Origin: Spirochaetales bacterium
GTDB lineage: Bacteria > Spirochaetota > Spirochaetia > JABEVK01
Direction: 5' to 3'
DNA length: 25,227 nucleotides
NCBI GenBank assembly: GCA_037142615.1
Contig: JBAXAI010000049.1
Coordinates: forward strand, 1-25,227
Below, piece by piece: positions 24,213 to 25,227 of this stretch (its first letter is position 1; the number at the start of each line of letters is the position of its first letter). The notes below the pieces were generated by a model, which saw nothing but the letters and a program-made list of their open reading frames with translations, searched no databases and was not told the origin of the DNA. The position numbers and the translations under genes are program-made.

Positions 24213-25172
24213 ATGAAGAAGACTGCAATGATTGTAATGGCACTGTTGCTGGCCGCCGGGGCGTTTGCCCAGGATTGGTCGTGGGCCAAGAAAGACGCCA
24301 ACGGTTTCGTGACCGTCGACGTGACCAAGGTCAAGGGCGACGTGTTGACGTCAGGCTCGAGCACGGTGTTCCCCATGGCGCAGATTGCCATCGACCAGTT
24401 CAAGAGCGAAGGCTACAAGAGCCAGTTGTCGATCGACAACATCGGTTCGGGAGCCGGAATCAAGCGCTTTGCCAACGGTGAAGTCGACTTCGCCAACTCG
24501 TCGGCCAAGATCAACTCCGACCAGATCGCCTCGATTGACAAGACCAAGGTCAAGGGCAACTTGCTCGAGTTCAAGCTGGCCATTGACTCGCTGGTCATCC
24601 TGGTCAACAAGAACAACACGTTCCTGAAGAACCTCACCGAGGATCAGGTCAAAGCCGTGTTCTCGACCGCCACGCTTTGGAGCGACGTTGATCCTTCCTT
24701 CCCCAAGGAAAAAATCAACCGCATGATTCCCTCGACCGCCCACGGCACGTTCTTGTACTTCGCCGAGAAGTTCTTTGCCAAGAAGCCCGAACCGCTGACC
24801 GGGGCCTCGAACACCCAGCAGTTCCAGGACTACAACCAGCTGATCGCCAACATCGCCAAGGACAAGAACGCGATCGGCTGGATCGGCATGGACTACTTCG
24901 AGCAAGCCGACGGTACCAACTACGTCACGTTCAACGGAGTCGCTCCCAGCAAGACCACGGCGCTGGACGGCACCTACGGCTTGGCACGCTACCTGTACAC
25001 GTACACCACCGACACCATCCTGCAGACCAAGCCCCAAACGGCGGCGTGGTTGGCGTTCTTCCTGAACAACTCACCGAAGTCCGCCCAGAAGGTGTTCTTC
25101 TACGCGCTTCCCAAGGATATTCTGGACGCTCAAAAGAAACTCCTGGCCGACACCCTCAAGGGCAAGTTCTAG
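24213..25172 (+). CDS. pstS: Phosphate ABC transporter substrate-binding protein
   Basis: Cleavable signal peptide (...AGAFA). Motifs SGSSTVFP, GSGAGIKRF, DFANSS, WSDVDP, HGTF, YGLARYLY. Confidence 0.9.
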   Translation: MKKTAMIVMALLLAAGAFAQDWSWAKKDANGFVTVDVTKVKGDVLTSGSSTVFPMAQIAIDQFKSEGYKSQLSIDNIGSGAGIKRFANGEVDFANSSAKINSDQIASIDKTKVKGNLLEFKLAIDSLVILVNKNNTFLKNLTEDQVKAVFSTATLWSDVDPSFPKEKINRMIPSTAHGTFLYFAEKFFAKKPEPLTGASNTQQFQDYNQLIANIAKDKNAIGWIGMDYFEQADGTNYVTFNGVAPSKTTALDGTYGLARYLYTYTTDTILQTKPQTAAWLAFFLNNSPKSAQKVFFYALPKDILDAQKKLLADTLKGKF

Positions 25173-25174
25173 GG

Positions 25175-25227
25175 GACGGATCGCTGTCGCGATCCTTACC
25201 CCTGACGGATCGCTGTCGCGATCCTTA
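25175..25227. repeat. Tandem REP-like palindromic repeat (at least 2 copies, runs to window edge)
   Basis: GACGGATCGCTGTCGCGATCCTTA occurs identically at 25175-25198 and 25204-25227 (29-nt period). Each copy contains the hairpin GGATCGC-TGTC-GCGATCC. Confidence 0.75.

Noticed and set aside
25175-25227. Possible CRISPR array start (palindromic direct repeats)
   Set aside because: Only 5 nt separate the repeats, far too short for a spacer, and there is no leader or cas gene in the window.

Overview
GC-rich chromosomal segment, most likely from a free-living spirochaete (Spirochaetota). The assignment rests on two gene orders I recall from Borrelia/Treponema, cdaA-cdaR-acpS-DUF2225-truA-UDG-like-priA and murG-holB-like-Hk2-Rrp2, plus spirochaete-type DUF3996 and DUF6675 proteins. 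The window holds 27 mostly housekeeping CDSs: glnK-amtB behind a well-formed sigma54 promoter; an outer-membrane beta-barrel with two phosphoribosyltransferases; a tightly coupled 10-gene run from upp to priA that includes c-di-AMP synthesis; cvfB, an orphan RmlD-like SDR, djlA, DUF6062 and asd; a sigma54 two-component pair; murG; and a divergent Pit/DUF47 versus PstS phosphate locus with Pho-box-like repeats. I found no transposase, CRISPR array, rRNA, tRNA or defence island, and I cannot claim a wholly new system. The best leads are: (1) a ~287-bp MITE-like element with two long internal hairpins that supplies the asd stop codon; (2) a non-canonical GlnK(Y51E)/AmtB(H168E) pair; (3) an apparently inactive UDG-fold protein coupled to priA; (4) a probable Pit/Pst switch built from overlapping repeats and -10 elements; (5) repeated leaderless-type promoter geometry. 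All family calls come from motif recognition by eye, not database searches.
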